DNA of 31,653 bases from Gammaproteobacteria bacterium (GTDB lineage: Bacteria; Bacteroidota; Bacteroidia; Flavobacteriales_D; Sanyastnellaceae). Under the pieces are notes generated by a model. The model saw nothing but the letters and a program-made list of their open reading frames with translations. It did not search any database and was not told the DNA's origin. Where the stretch lies: contig JBLHIB010000028.1 of assembly GCA_047615865.1 (NCBI GenBank), positions 1 to 31,653 on the forward strand, given 5' to 3'. The position numbers and the translations under genes are program-made. Below are positions 15,679-24,976 of this stretch, one piece after another; positions within the stretch are counted from its first letter, which is position 1, and the number at the start of each line of letters is the position of its first letter.

Positions 15679-18507
15679 ATGAAAAAAACTCTTAAAGTCT
15701 TGGGCATTTTTGTCCTCGTGCTACTCGCTGCTCTCATTGCTCTCCCTTTTGTTTTCAAAGACAAGATTGCCGAGCAAATTCAAGCCGCCGCCAATGAAAC
15801 GCTCAATGCCGAAATGGCCTTTGCAGATTTGTCATTGTCTCTTATCTCTAATTTTCCCAATGCCACATTGGAATTGGAGCAGCTCACCATTGACGGAATC
15901 GATCAATTTCAGGGTATTCGCCTGGTCGAATTGGGAAGCCTTACAGCTACCATTGATGTATGGAGCCTGTTTGGTGAGACTATCAAAATTAAGGAAATCA
16001 GTCTGCAAAATGGAGATATTGACGTTCGTGTCCTAAAGGATGGAGCGGCCAATTATGATTTGATGAAAGCTTCGGAAGAAGAGGAAGTCGAAGAAACTCC
16101 TACTGAAGAAGGCGGTGCTTTTGCAATGAAATTGCAGGGTTATTCGATAGTCAATACGAATATTCGTTACGACGATCAGACTATGCCCATGACAGCCACT
16201 ATTGTGCAATTGAATCACAATGGCTCAGGAGATTTCACTGCAGACCGCACAATCTTAGAAACGGAGACAAGCATGGAAAGCTTTGATTTGCTTTACGATG
16301 GTGTTCGATTTTTGAAAGAGGCGGCAGTAAAGATGGACATCAATTTAGATCTGGACTTGGCAAACATGCATTTCATTTTTGCACAGAACAACATTGCGAT
16401 AAATGACCTTTCACTTGCTATCGACGGTTTTATTAAGGTGCCTGCAGAGGATATGGAGATGGATATCAAATATTCAACTACCGAGACAGACTTTAAAAGC
16501 TTGTTATCTCTTGTTCCAGCTGAATTTGCTAGTGACTTAAGCGATGTTGACGCTGATGGAACGATGTCTTTTGCTGGATTTATTAAAGGTGTCTTTGGCC
16601 CAAGCTCGCTCCCTGGATTTGGTTTGGACGTGGCAATCGACAATGGTCGATTCAATTACCCGGACTTACCTAAATCGGTTGAGAATATTCAGCTGAAGGC
16701 ATCTGTTGATGCAAGCAACGGAAATAACCTTGACGCCGCTGTCTTAAATGTCGAGCGATTTTATATGGAGATGGCTGGAAACCCGGTGGATATGCATTTG
16801 CGCTTGTCGCATCCCCTCTCCGACCCTGACATTGATTGCCAACTCCAGGCGAAAGTGGTTCTTGACAATTTGAAGGATATCATTCCATTAGAAGAAGGAG
16901 AAACCATCTCAGGATCGATCAATGCCGACGTTCTGTTCAAAGGTCAGTTGAGTACGATTGAAAAAGAAGACTATGAGAATTTTGACGCCCAAGGGCAAAT
17001 AATTCTTCAGCAATTGAAATTTAGAAGCGCCAATTTTATGTACCCTATGGACGTAGATGTAGCTTATCTGAATTTCACACCAAAGCAAATGGAACTGTCT
17101 CAATTTGAAGGGAAGATTGGTAAAAGCGACATCTCAGCCAACGGGGAAATCAACAACTACTTGGCCTTTGCGCTGCGTGATGAACTGCTCAAAGGTGACT
17201 TCACCATGTCTTCTGAATTACTTGACTTGAATGAGCTCATGGGGGAAGATGAAGATGTAAGTGAGGCTGCAGAAGAAACTGCTTCTGACTCTAGCGCTAC
17301 TCAATTGTTAGAAGTGCCAGGAAACATTGATTTTCTGCTGCGCTCGTCATTTGTCAAAGTGCTATACGACGATATTGTAATAGAAAATGTGCTTGGAAAC
17401 ATTGCGATCAAGGATCACTTAGCTGATATGCAGAAAGTTGAGATGGACGTATTGAAAGGGCATGTGATTTTGGATGGAAGCTACAGCACGGTGGATCCAA
17501 GCGAACCGAAAATTGATCTTTCATATGAGATTCAGCGATTGGATATAAACCAGACAGCGGAGAAATTCAATACAGTTGATAAGCTCGCTCCTATTGCGGC
17601 AAGTTGTTCGGGAGCCTTTTCTACATCCTTAAAATTGGCTTCTAGCTTGGATAATAAAATGGAGCTTATCGAAACGACGATGAACGGAAGAGGAACCATG
17701 AAAACTCATTCTGTTACAATTGACAAGTTCATACCACTCACCAAGTTAGCCGATCAGCTTGGAATGAGTAAGCTGGCCAATCCAACGATAAGTGATGTAA
17801 ATCTTAGCTACCTCATTGAAGATGGCAAAGCGATCATCGAACCATTTGTGGTGAAACTCGATGGGATAGAAACAGAAATTTCCGGATCGACTAGTTTGAT
17901 TTCAGAAGACATTGACTACACAATGAAGATGGACGTTCCATTCGATAAAATCCCTTCAAATATAGTTGGTCAGGCCTCGAGCTGGATTGGAAAACTAAAT
18001 TCTCAATTGGGATCAAACATCTCCATTGGCGATAAGATTCCTGTCAACATTCGAGTTACAGGAACTATTGACGATCCGAAATTCGCAACCAATTATGGCG
18101 ACGTGGCCGAAGGAGAGTCACCAACCATTAAAGAACAGGTTGTCGAAGAAGTAAAAGAGCAAATCAAGGTGGTGATAGAAGACACCAAAGAGAAGGCACT
18201 TGAAGAAGCTCAAGCGCAAGCCGATAAGCTTATTGCGGATGCCCAGAAGCAATCAGACAAGCTTTTTGAACAAGGAAAGAAATCGGCAAATAAACTAAGG
18301 GATTCGGCATATTCTGAGGCAGATAAACTTGAAAACAAGGGAGCCAATTTTGTGGAGAAGGCCGCGAACAAGTTGGTAGCTGCAACGATGCGAAAAGAAG
18401 CTGACAAAGCATATGACAAAGCAGTCGTTGAGGCCAAAAAGCAAGGTGATAAGTTGGTCGCTGAAGCACAAAAGAAATCCGATGCACTGTTGAAGAGCGT
18501 AGAATAA
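15679..18507 (+). CDS. AsmA-family outer-membrane-biogenesis-like protein (942 aa) with a C-terminal K/A/E-rich amphipathic repeat tail.
   Basis: The N-terminal anchor and start MKKTLKVLGIFVLVLLAALIALPFVFKDKIAEQIQAAANETLNA...FADLSLSLISNFPNATLELEQLTIDG are typical of AsmA. The C-terminal ~120 aa consist of repeated (A/E)xxKxxDKLxxxAxK units. Confidence 0.78.
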   Translation: MKKTLKVLGIFVLVLLAALIALPFVFKDKIAEQIQAAANETLNAEMAFADLSLSLISNFPNATLELEQLTIDGIDQFQGIRLVELGSLTATIDVWSLFGETIKIKEISLQNGDIDVRVLKDGAANYDLMKASEEEEVEETPTEEGGAFAMKLQGYSIVNTNIRYDDQTMPMTATIVQLNHNGSGDFTADRTILETETSMESFDLLYDGVRFLKEAAVKMDINLDLDLANMHFIFAQNNIAINDLSLAIDGFIKVPAEDMEMDIKYSTTETDFKSLLSLVPAEFASDLSDVDADGTMSFAGFIKGVFGPSSLPGFGLDVAIDNGRFNYPDLPKSVENIQLKASVDASNGNNLDAAVLNVERFYMEMAGNPVDMHLRLSHPLSDPDIDCQLQAKVVLDNLKDIIPLEEGETISGSINADVLFKGQLSTIEKEDYENFDAQGQIILQQLKFRSANFMYPMDVDVAYLNFTPKQMELSQFEGKIGKSDISANGEINNYLAFALRDELLKGDFTMSSELLDLNELMGEDEDVSEAAEETASDSSATQLLEVPGNIDFLLRSSFVKVLYDDIVIENVLGNIAIKDHLADMQKVEMDVLKGHVILDGSYSTVDPSEPKIDLSYEIQRLDINQTAEKFNTVDKLAPIAASCSGAFSTSLKLASSLDNKMELIETTMNGRGTMKTHSVTIDKFIPLTKLADQLGMSKLANPTISDVNLSYLIEDGKAIIEPFVVKLDGIETEISGSTSLISEDIDYTMKMDVPFDKIPSNIVGQASSWIGKLNSQLGSNISIGDKIPVNIRVTGTIDDPKFATNYGDVAEGESPTIKEQVVEEVKEQIKVVIEDTKEKALEEAQAQADKLIADAQKQSDKLFEQGKKSANKLRDSAYSEADKLENKGANFVEKAANKLVAATMRKEADKAYDKAVVEAKKQGDKLVAEAQKKSDALLKSVE

Positions 18508-18538
18508 ATTAGGAACGATAGTTGGTATATAGAGATCG

Positions 18539-20566
18539 ATGAACAGAAAAACAGTCCTCACCCTTGCTTTGCTGGTAATAGGCACGATCGCTTGGGCACA
18601 ATGTGATTTTGAACCTTCGGAAAAACTAGTCAAGCTGATTGAAAAGGCCGGGGACAAAAAGAAATACGATTCTGAAAAACGCTATGAGTTTTTTCAGGAT
18701 GCGTTGGAGATGGATGAAAATTGCTGGCCCTGTATTAAACGATTAGGAGAAGTTGAATTCAAGCGAGCCAAAAGAGGAGGCGGATCGTTCAGCGCTGCAG
18801 AAGCCTATTTCAATGATTTAATTGAACGCTGTCCAGGATATCACAGTGCTCCACATTATTATATGGGTGCTATCAATTATGCGACTCAAAACTATGCTCT
18901 TGCTACGGAGCATTTTGAAAAATTCCTGCATTTTCCTGACGACAATCCAGACGCCTTTGATAAAGACTACGACAAGAAATACATTGAAGTAGAAGGTGCT
19001 CTTCCTGACGTAAAATTCTGGGATGAATTCTACAATAGTGATTTGGAAATGGACCCGCGCATTGTAGAGGGAGTGTCGTCCTCTGATGATGATTACCTGC
19101 CCGCTGTTTCACCAGACGGAGAGATTATGTTCTACACGCGAAAGATGCAGAAGAAAGCTAAGGGAGACTTGTATTCAAGAGATGTAGAAGAATTCACCTG
19201 GAGTCGGCGAGAGGGTATAAACGACATATTTGATGATGGGGCTGCCCTACCCGCTCCTTTCAATCAAGGAGATAATTATGGAGGTGCAACTATTAGTGTT
19301 GACAACAAAGAGATGTTCATCGCTAAGAAGAATCCAGTTGCGGGAAATCCTGACAATATTGATTTGTACTACACACACTACGAATTGTATTTCGAGGCGA
19401 CCATAGGCAAAAACTCATACCGCTGGACGGCTTTGGAAAGTTTGGGGCCAAACATCAATACCGATGACGGTTGGGAAGCTCAACCATCGTTGTCTGGGGA
19501 TGGCAAATTACTTTTTTTCGCCAAGCTCTCTGCCGAAACGGAAATTGACAAAAATGGAAACCCTTCTCACGACATATATGTAAGCGCCCGGAAGGATGAT
19601 GGCAGCTGGGGGGTGGCCAAGCCTATTGGAAGTGGATTGAACACAACAGGCCAAGAGAAGTCACCATTTATGCATAGCGACAGCAAGACATTGTACTTTG
19701 CTAGTGATGGTCACCGTGGACGAGGTGGTATGGATATTTTTTACTGTAAAATGAATGACGAAGGGGGATTTTCTGAGCCAAAGAACATAGGACACCCTAT
19801 CAATACTGAGAATGACGAAAGCGGATTGATCGTTAGCGCCGATGGTGAACGAGCATATTTCTTTAGTCGGATAATTCGTGGTTCCCGTGGCTATGACATT
19901 TACGCATTCGAGCTCCCTGAAAAAGCCAAACCCGAAAAGGTTATGATCCTGAAAGGCAGTGCTACTGACGAAAGTGGCGAAGCTTTAACCAATGCCACAG
20001 TGGAAATCACCTATGCCCAATCTAGAATTGCTCAAGAGATTCAGATAAGTGAAGACGACGGACGCTATGCAGCTGTTATCAATTTGGAACGCAACGAAGA
20101 CGTTATAATGAGCGTTAAAAAGGAAGGGATAGCCTTCAATTCACGTATCGTAGCTAACGTGGACATTGCCGAGAAACCAAGCGTCGTCAAATTCGAAGTA
20201 CAGGCTCAGCAAATTGCTAAAAACAAGCCTTTTCTCATTAACGATATTTATTACAGCACCAACTCAGCAGAAATTGACAGAGCGAGTAAAATCATCCTTG
20301 ATCAATTTGCCTTGTACTTGTTGGATCATCCTCGCATATCAATTGAAATACGCGGACATACAGATGACATTGGATCTGAGGGGGACAACCTGGCCTTGAG
20401 TATGGATCGAGCATTTGAGGTCAAGGGATATTTGGAAGCTCATGGAATCTCTGGCAAGCGAATTAAAGATCAAGGATTTGGAGAATCGAAACCTGTTTCT
20501 GATAATGGAACCACAGCCGGCAGAAGTCAGAACAGAAGAACAGAATTCGTGGTAAATGCTATGTAA
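18539..20566 (+). CDS. TPR-like / TolB-like (WD40-like beta-propeller) repeat protein with a C-terminal OmpA peptidoglycan-binding domain.
   Basis: A signal peptide is present. The middle region carries repeated PD40-like segments (SPDGEIMFYT, SLSGDGKLLFFA, SDSKTLYFASDG, SADGERAYFFS). The C-terminus is an OmpA_C domain (NDIYYSTNSAEIDR...ISIEIRGHTDDIGSEGDNLALSMDRAFEVKGYL...GFGESKPV...NRRTEFVV). Confidence 0.85.
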   Translation: MNRKTVLTLALLVIGTIAWAQCDFEPSEKLVKLIEKAGDKKKYDSEKRYEFFQDALEMDENCWPCIKRLGEVEFKRAKRGGGSFSAAEAYFNDLIERCPGYHSAPHYYMGAINYATQNYALATEHFEKFLHFPDDNPDAFDKDYDKKYIEVEGALPDVKFWDEFYNSDLEMDPRIVEGVSSSDDDYLPAVSPDGEIMFYTRKMQKKAKGDLYSRDVEEFTWSRREGINDIFDDGAALPAPFNQGDNYGGATISVDNKEMFIAKKNPVAGNPDNIDLYYTHYELYFEATIGKNSYRWTALESLGPNINTDDGWEAQPSLSGDGKLLFFAKLSAETEIDKNGNPSHDIYVSARKDDGSWGVAKPIGSGLNTTGQEKSPFMHSDSKTLYFASDGHRGRGGMDIFYCKMNDEGGFSEPKNIGHPINTENDESGLIVSADGERAYFFSRIIRGSRGYDIYAFELPEKAKPEKVMILKGSATDESGEALTNATVEITYAQSRIAQEIQISEDDGRYAAVINLERNEDVIMSVKKEGIAFNSRIVANVDIAEKPSVVKFEVQAQQIAKNKPFLINDIYYSTNSAEIDRASKIILDQFALYLLDHPRISIEIRGHTDDIGSEGDNLALSMDRAFEVKGYLEAHGISGKRIKDQGFGESKPVSDNGTTAGRSQNRRTEFVVNAM

Positions 20567-20567
20567 A

Positions 20568-20597
20568 AAAAAGCCACTCCGGACGGAATGGCTTTAG
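20568..20597. terminator. Bidirectional rho-independent terminator between two convergent genes.
   Basis: The sequence is aaaaaAAAGCCActccggacggaaTGGCTTTag, a 7-bp stem with an A-tract on one side and T-rich sequence on the other. It lies between the stop at 20566 (plus strand) and the stop at 20615 (minus strand). Confidence 0.45.
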
Positions 20598-20614
20598 CTT
20601 CATTTCTTAAAATA

Positions 20615-21238
20615 TCAGTGAGTAGCCTCTTCTGATTCAGTTTCATGTCCAGCTTCATCATGGTCGTGGTCATGTCCAGCTTCATCATGGTCATGGTCAT
20701 GTCCAGCTTCATCATGGTCATGGTCAACCTCTTCCACTGGCACGAATCCTTCAATGATAACACCATCAGCATGGAACGCTAGTTTAAATTCAGGCTCGGT
20801 GATCATAGCAATTTCTTCAACAGTTCGACCAGCATCTTCAGCCAAATGTTGAAGCCAATCTACACTCAAGGTGTCATAATAGGCCTTTCCTTCCACGAAG
20901 CAACTGAGACCATTTGCACCAGTAGTAGGCACGAAAAAATCATGATCTCCTAGAAAAACCATCATATCCTCATCGTTCTCCATTTCCAATGACATCCAGC
21001 ATCCTGCTTTAACGCAAGTTTCCTTGATTTTTCCGGCCACCTTTACTTCCAAAGACTCTGTCGTAGACATGTTTTGCACCAACTCATTAACTGTAATAGC
21101 TCCTTCGTCTGTGATTTCTTTTCCGTAGTAAGAGTATGACTTGCCATCCTCAGTAATTTCAACTTTTGTGGGTGCAGACTCATGTCCACAGGCAGCCAAT
21201 ATAGTACCCGCAGCTAGAATCATGAAAAATTTCTTCAT
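20615..21238 (-). CDS. Lipoprotein with a C-terminal His/Asp-rich (HDHDHDEAG)x3 tail. It is a putative periplasmic metal-binding protein.
   Basis: A lipoprotein signal is present (MKKFFMILAAGTILAACGHE). The domain is ~150 aa and contains CVKAGCW. The C-terminus reads HDHDEAGHDHDHDEAGHDHDHDEAGHETESEEATH. No family name could be confidently assigned. Confidence 0.7.
   Translation of the reverse strand: MKKFFMILAAGTILAACGHESAPTKVEITEDGKSYSYYGKEITDEGAITVNELVQNMSTTESLEVKVAGKIKETCVKAGCWMSLEMENDEDMMVFLGDHDFFVPTTGANGLSCFVEGKAYYDTLSVDWLQHLAEDAGRTVEEIAMITEPEFKLAFHADGVIIEGFVPVEEVDHDHDEAGHDHDHDEAGHDHDHDEAGHETESEEATH
20644..20724. repeat. Perfect 27-nt tandem repeat (3 copies, one G/A difference) encoding HDHDHDEAG on the minus strand.
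   Basis: Copies catgtccagcttcatcatggtc(g/a)tggt lie at 20644-20670, 20671-20697 and 20698-20724. Confidence 0.9.
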
Positions 21239-21263
21239 GTTTATGTTGTTTATTGATTCATGA

Positions 21264-21271
21264 CAAAAGTA
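21264..21271 (-). promoter_or_regulatory. Candidate -7 element for the His-rich lipoprotein gene (plus-strand CAAAAGTA, i.e. TACTTTTG on the minus strand).
   Basis: The motif lies ~25 nt upstream of the start at 21238. It is the same octamer as the one upstream of the cyclophilin gene. Confidence 0.25.
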
Positions 21272-21360
21272 ACCTTCTCGCTCAAATCAAGTGTGAAATG
21301 GCTCCAATTATCTCCATTAATAGAGGAATAATGGTGTTTTCAGTACCAACTCAATTCACT

Positions 21361-21368
21361 TATCTTTG
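21361..21368 (+). promoter_or_regulatory. Candidate -7 element TATCTTTG located 4 nt before the ATG at 21373.
   Basis: The octamer and its 4-nt spacing to the ATG are identical to those at aroC. Confidence 0.2.
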
Positions 21369-21372
21369 GCTT

Positions 21373-22095
21373 ATGAAGATATTCGGCACAACACTGGCAG
21401 TAATTATGTCGCTTTGCATTGGCTCTGCGCAGGCTCAAGACTCAACCATTCATGAAAGTGTAGATGAGAACCAACGCCTTCCTGAATGCAAGATGGTTGG
21501 AGAAGTTGCTCCTGATTTTTCGGTAAGAGATCTTGATGGACAAACAGTTAATTCTAAAAATGTCCTGCGCGAAGGACCTTTAGTTTTAGTTTTCTTCCAG
21601 GGTTCATGGAATGGGGAGGACACGGAATTCTTATTTCAATTAAATGACTCAATTAATGAATTGAAAAATCTAAATGCACAAGTTGTTGCAGTTTCAATGG
21701 AGCAAGTCCAGTTCATAAAAATGCTTCTTAAGAAAGAAGAAATCAATTTCACCTTAGCACAAGATGCAGCGGGGATACTTTCGAAAGCTTTTGGTGTGAT
21801 TTACTCAGTAGATGATGACTATTGTAAGCAATTGATGCAAAAAGGAAATATCAATTTGTACGAACGCTATGATTCAGAAATGGTCTCAATGTCGGCGCCG
21901 ACCGTATTGGTAATATCTCAAAATGGAAAGATCGTATTCAGCCGCATGGACTTTGACTCCGGAAACCGTCCATATGTCAGCGAGTTGGTGCACGCAATTT
22001 CCCAGCCGGGGGAGCAAAGAATGGTCCAACCTGTGCTAGAAGAAGCTGGTGGTGAGCCCGTAAAGAAAAAAAGAAGAAAGCGCAACAAGAAATAA
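21373..22095 (+). CDS. Secreted AhpC/TSA (peroxiredoxin/redoxin)-fold protein lacking the peroxidatic cysteine, with a polybasic C-terminal tail.
   Basis: Starting at Met41 of the track ORF gives a signal peptide (MKIFGTTLAVIMSLCIGSAQA). The thioredoxin-fold core is LVLVFFQGSWNGEDTEF...VVAVSMEQ. Where Prx/BCP proteins have PGCTTE, this protein has GEDTE. There is no CxxC. The C-terminus is KKKRRKRNKK. Confidence 0.6.
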   Translation: MKIFGTTLAVIMSLCIGSAQAQDSTIHESVDENQRLPECKMVGEVAPDFSVRDLDGQTVNSKNVLREGPLVLVFFQGSWNGEDTEFLFQLNDSINELKNLNAQVVAVSMEQVQFIKMLLKKEEINFTLAQDAAGILSKAFGVIYSVDDDYCKQLMQKGNINLYERYDSEMVSMSAPTVLVISQNGKIVFSRMDFDSGNRPYVSELVHAISQPGEQRMVQPVLEEAGGEPVKKKRRKRNKK

Positions 22096-22101
22096 TCCGT
22101 T

Positions 22102-22491
22102 CTAGATCTGTTCTAACTTTAATATGATTTTATCAAATTTCTCCTCTGAAAGTGGCTTTTCGAGGTAGGCATTGACAAAATCATAATTAAGGCATTTTTC
22201 TTTGTCTGAAGTTCTGCCGGAGCTAGTGAGAATAACAATTTTCAGATTTAGACCCTTCCCGCTGTCAGCCAAGGCCTTCAGCACGTCAAACCCGTCCATA
22301 ACAGGCATGCTGATATCTAGAAAAACATAGTCGGCATTATTTTCAGACAGCCAATTAATGGCCTCCATTCCGTTCTTCACCCAATGGTAGTTGCTTGCAA
22401 ATTTTGATTTTTTCAAAATTCGTTCTGCAATAAATCCTGAAATCAAATCGTCTTCAACCAACAGAATTTTCTGATGCTTCTTTACTTTCAT
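22102..22491 (-). CDS. Single-domain response regulator (CheY-like REC only).
   Basis: Motifs are KILLVEDD, a phospho-acceptor Asp in VFLDISMP, T/S (VILTSS) and K (YLEKP). No output domain is present. The gene overlaps the upstream kinase gene by 38 nt. Confidence 0.85.
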   Translation of the reverse strand: MKVKKHQKILLVEDDLISGFIAERILKKSKFASNYHWVKNGMEAINWLSENNADYVFLDISMPVMDGFDVLKALADSGKGLNLKIVILTSSGRTSDKEKCLNYDFVNAYLEKPLSEEKFDKIILKLEQI

Positions 22492-24964
22492 GTGACAGAG
22501 TTAATTTAAATGTTGTCCCCTTATTGAGTTCGCTTTGGACTTCAATATTTCCTCCATGAGAGCTAACTACTGAATGAACAATATGCAAGCCAACACCTTT
22601 TCCAGGAACATGATCATGAAACCTCTTGAATAGACGAAACAGCTTGTCTCGATGTAAGTCGAGGTTGATTCCCAATCCATTGTCCGAAATTTCTAAAACT
22701 GGCACGTTAGACTCTAGTTTTGTAACTAGTGTAATTGATGGTACTTCATCTATTTTCTTGTATTTGATTGCATTCGTAATCAAATTCAACAAAATGCTCG
22801 TCAGATGAAATCGAGGGTACCTCAGAGTAGGCAATTTAGTAAAATCTACCTTAATAATGGCGCCACTATCGCCTATTTGATGAGAAATTTGTTGCATCAC
22901 ATCATACATGATCTCCTCAAGATTCAACTCCTCATATTTAAGCTCTTTACCGCTTTGAAATTCAAGCACATTCGAGAGCACATTCAATGTCTCTTTCATT
23001 TGTTGAACACTTTGATTGGCCTTTTCGAAAACCAACGTATTCTCCTGGTCAAGCGTCCCTTCATTGATCAATTTAAAAAGTGCTGATAAATTCAATAAAG
23101 GCGACATCAAATCGTGTGATGAAACGTGAGCAATTTCCTCCAAATGGGTGTTGGTCAGTTTTAGATTTCTATTTGTCTTTTCCAGTTGGGTATTCATATC
23201 ACGAATCAACCGATCATGTATGACCTGCAGCGTAATGTCCCGAATAGTGCCTACCATTCTTTTAGGATTTCCACTCCCATCGCGAAGGATCACGCCTGTT
23301 GTCGTTATATGCCTGCTAGAGCCTTTTACAGTAATAATATAACTATCGCTGTAATTTCCTCGGCGCATAACACCTTCCATATCCTCAAAAGTCTGTTTGA
23401 TTCTTACTCTATCTCCTTCTTCAGAAACCCGTAGCATAAAATCATAAGGGCTCTCTTTTTCTTCATCAGAATATCCAAATATATTTTTAGCAATTTCATC
23501 CCAATAAAGGTCTTTTTCAGAAAAAATAAATTCAAAGATACCCGTATTTGATGCGTTCAATGCAAGTTCCAAGCGCTCCTCAGATTCGCGAATCCTTTCC
23601 TGAGCAATCTTGATCGTGGTTATGTCTTGAATTGTGCCGGCAAGAATTATATTCGAATCATCACCACGCCTATTTGCTATCATCCGAATATATTTGACTT
23701 GACCCTCTGAATCGTAAACACGAAATATATGCTCTTTTGTCTTCAAGGAATTACCGAGAACAGTCAGATAATCAGTAAATGCAGCGGTGTCCTCGGGATG
23801 CACCATTTTAAGGTATTCTTCAAGTCCAAGAGGTCCATCTTCTGGATTTAATTTATGAATCTCATAGATAACATCACTCCATTCTCCGCTATCATCATTG
23901 GTATGCCAGCTCCAGTCCCCCATTTTAGCCATCCTTTGTGTCTCTCTCATTCTAGCTTCACTAACACGAGCTTTTTCATCCAGTTCCTCCTTGTCGCTGA
24001 TATCATAAGAAGTGCCCAACATTTTTATTAATTCACCCGATTCGTCAACCACGCAGCCCCCCTTGCACTTAATGTGCCTGGTTTCTTTATTTGCTGTCAA
24101 AAGACGGTGTCGCACTTCAAAAGTGCCCAAATCGGACTTGCAATTGCTAATTACCGTGGTGATCTTTTCGCGATCTTCCGGATGAATCAAGGCTATATAT
24201 TCCTCAAAACTGGGGTTAACGTCTGTATCTACACCGAAAATTCGACACAATTCATCAGACCAAATAATCTCGCCTGTTTTAGTATCTAAAGTCCAATGAC
24301 CAATATGAGATATTTTCTCAGCTTGATTTAGGTTTTGCTCGCTGATTTGGAGTTTCTCTATCGCATTATTATGCTCAGTAAAATTTTTGCATATCCATAA
24401 TAAGCGCTGCCCTTCGCCCGGCTGAACAGGATGCAACGACAGTTCGAAATATTTTTTTTCTCCATCAATATCTGGCGTTAAGAACATGCTGCTTGGCTTC
24501 ATGCTATCAAGAGTATCCGCAATCATTTCGAGCACTTTATCTTTGCTGTCACTGCAGAGTTCCAATATACGTTCAAGTACCAAATCAAAATCCATACTTT
24601 GAACCGCACTCTTGGTAAAAAGACTATCTATGTTCAACAGTTTCTCTTCAAACTGCTTATTGCACATGGTTATTCGATTGGTCTTGAAGTCAATAAGCGC
24701 CAAATCATCATCCATCGCATCAAACATCATGCGGAGAGATTCTTCGTTTTCTTGAATTTGTTTGGATACTTCTTCCTTGAGTTCTTGCTGAGAATCCAGT
24801 TCTTCGGCCAACTTATTAAGTCCGAGCAGAACCGAATCAGAATCCTCTCCATCTTCTGTCTGCAAAATTCGATATTGAAAATTGCCCGCTACTAATTGCG
24901 AAATCGCAAGGTGTATTTCCTGCAATTTAAACTCCTTTTTGTTAAGAGTTGATCCCATGTTCAA
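22454..24964 (-). CDS. Cytoplasmic multi-PAS sensor histidine kinase (PAS/PAC x3-4, HisKA, HATPase_c).
   Basis: The product is 836 aa with no TM helix. An H-box (EIAHVSSHDLMSPL) is present, followed by N-box, G1/G2 (ISDNGLGINL...GKGVGL) and NIEVQSELNKGTTFKLTL. Several PAS/PAC-like segments occur (WSWHT..., W..D..., YIRMIANR...). Confidence 0.88.
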   Translation of the reverse strand: MNMGSTLNKKEFKLQEIHLAISQLVAGNFQYRILQTEDGEDSDSVLLGLNKLAEELDSQQELKEEVSKQIQENEESLRMMFDAMDDDLALIDFKTNRITMCNKQFEEKLLNIDSLFTKSAVQSMDFDLVLERILELCSDSKDKVLEMIADTLDSMKPSSMFLTPDIDGEKKYFELSLHPVQPGEGQRLLWICKNFTEHNNAIEKLQISEQNLNQAEKISHIGHWTLDTKTGEIIWSDELCRIFGVDTDVNPSFEEYIALIHPEDREKITTVISNCKSDLGTFEVRHRLLTANKETRHIKCKGGCVVDESGELIKMLGTSYDISDKEELDEKARVSEARMRETQRMAKMGDWSWHTNDDSGEWSDVIYEIHKLNPEDGPLGLEEYLKMVHPEDTAAFTDYLTVLGNSLKTKEHIFRVYDSEGQVKYIRMIANRRGDDSNIILAGTIQDITTIKIAQERIRESEERLELALNASNTGIFEFIFSEKDLYWDEIAKNIFGYSDEEKESPYDFMLRVSEEGDRVRIKQTFEDMEGVMRRGNYSDSYIITVKGSSRHITTTGVILRDGSGNPKRMVGTIRDITLQVIHDRLIRDMNTQLEKTNRNLKLTNTHLEEIAHVSSHDLMSPLLNLSALFKLINEGTLDQENTLVFEKANQSVQQMKETLNVLSNVLEFQSGKELKYEELNLEEIMYDVMQQISHQIGDSGAIIKVDFTKLPTLRYPRFHLTSILLNLITNAIKYKKIDEVPSITLVTKLESNVPVLEISDNGLGINLDLHRDKLFRLFKRFHDHVPGKGVGLHIVHSVVSSHGGNIEVQSELNKGTTFKLTLSHESKEASENSVG

Positions 24965-24976
24965 TCGTTAGTTAGT

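Noticed and set aside
20527-20772. 81-aa minus-strand ORF with repeated MTMMKLDM units.
   Set aside because: It is the alternative reading frame of the 27-nt tandem repeat inside the His-rich lipoprotein gene. The protein is repeat-derived nonsense and fully overlaps a better gene on the same strand.
21253-21372. Upstream start (21253) for the redoxin-like ORF.
   Set aside because: The upstream start would place 40 non-signal residues before an obvious signal peptide (MKIFGTTLAVIMSLCIGSAQA). It would also leave only 14 nt between two divergent start codons. A start at 21373 is favoured.
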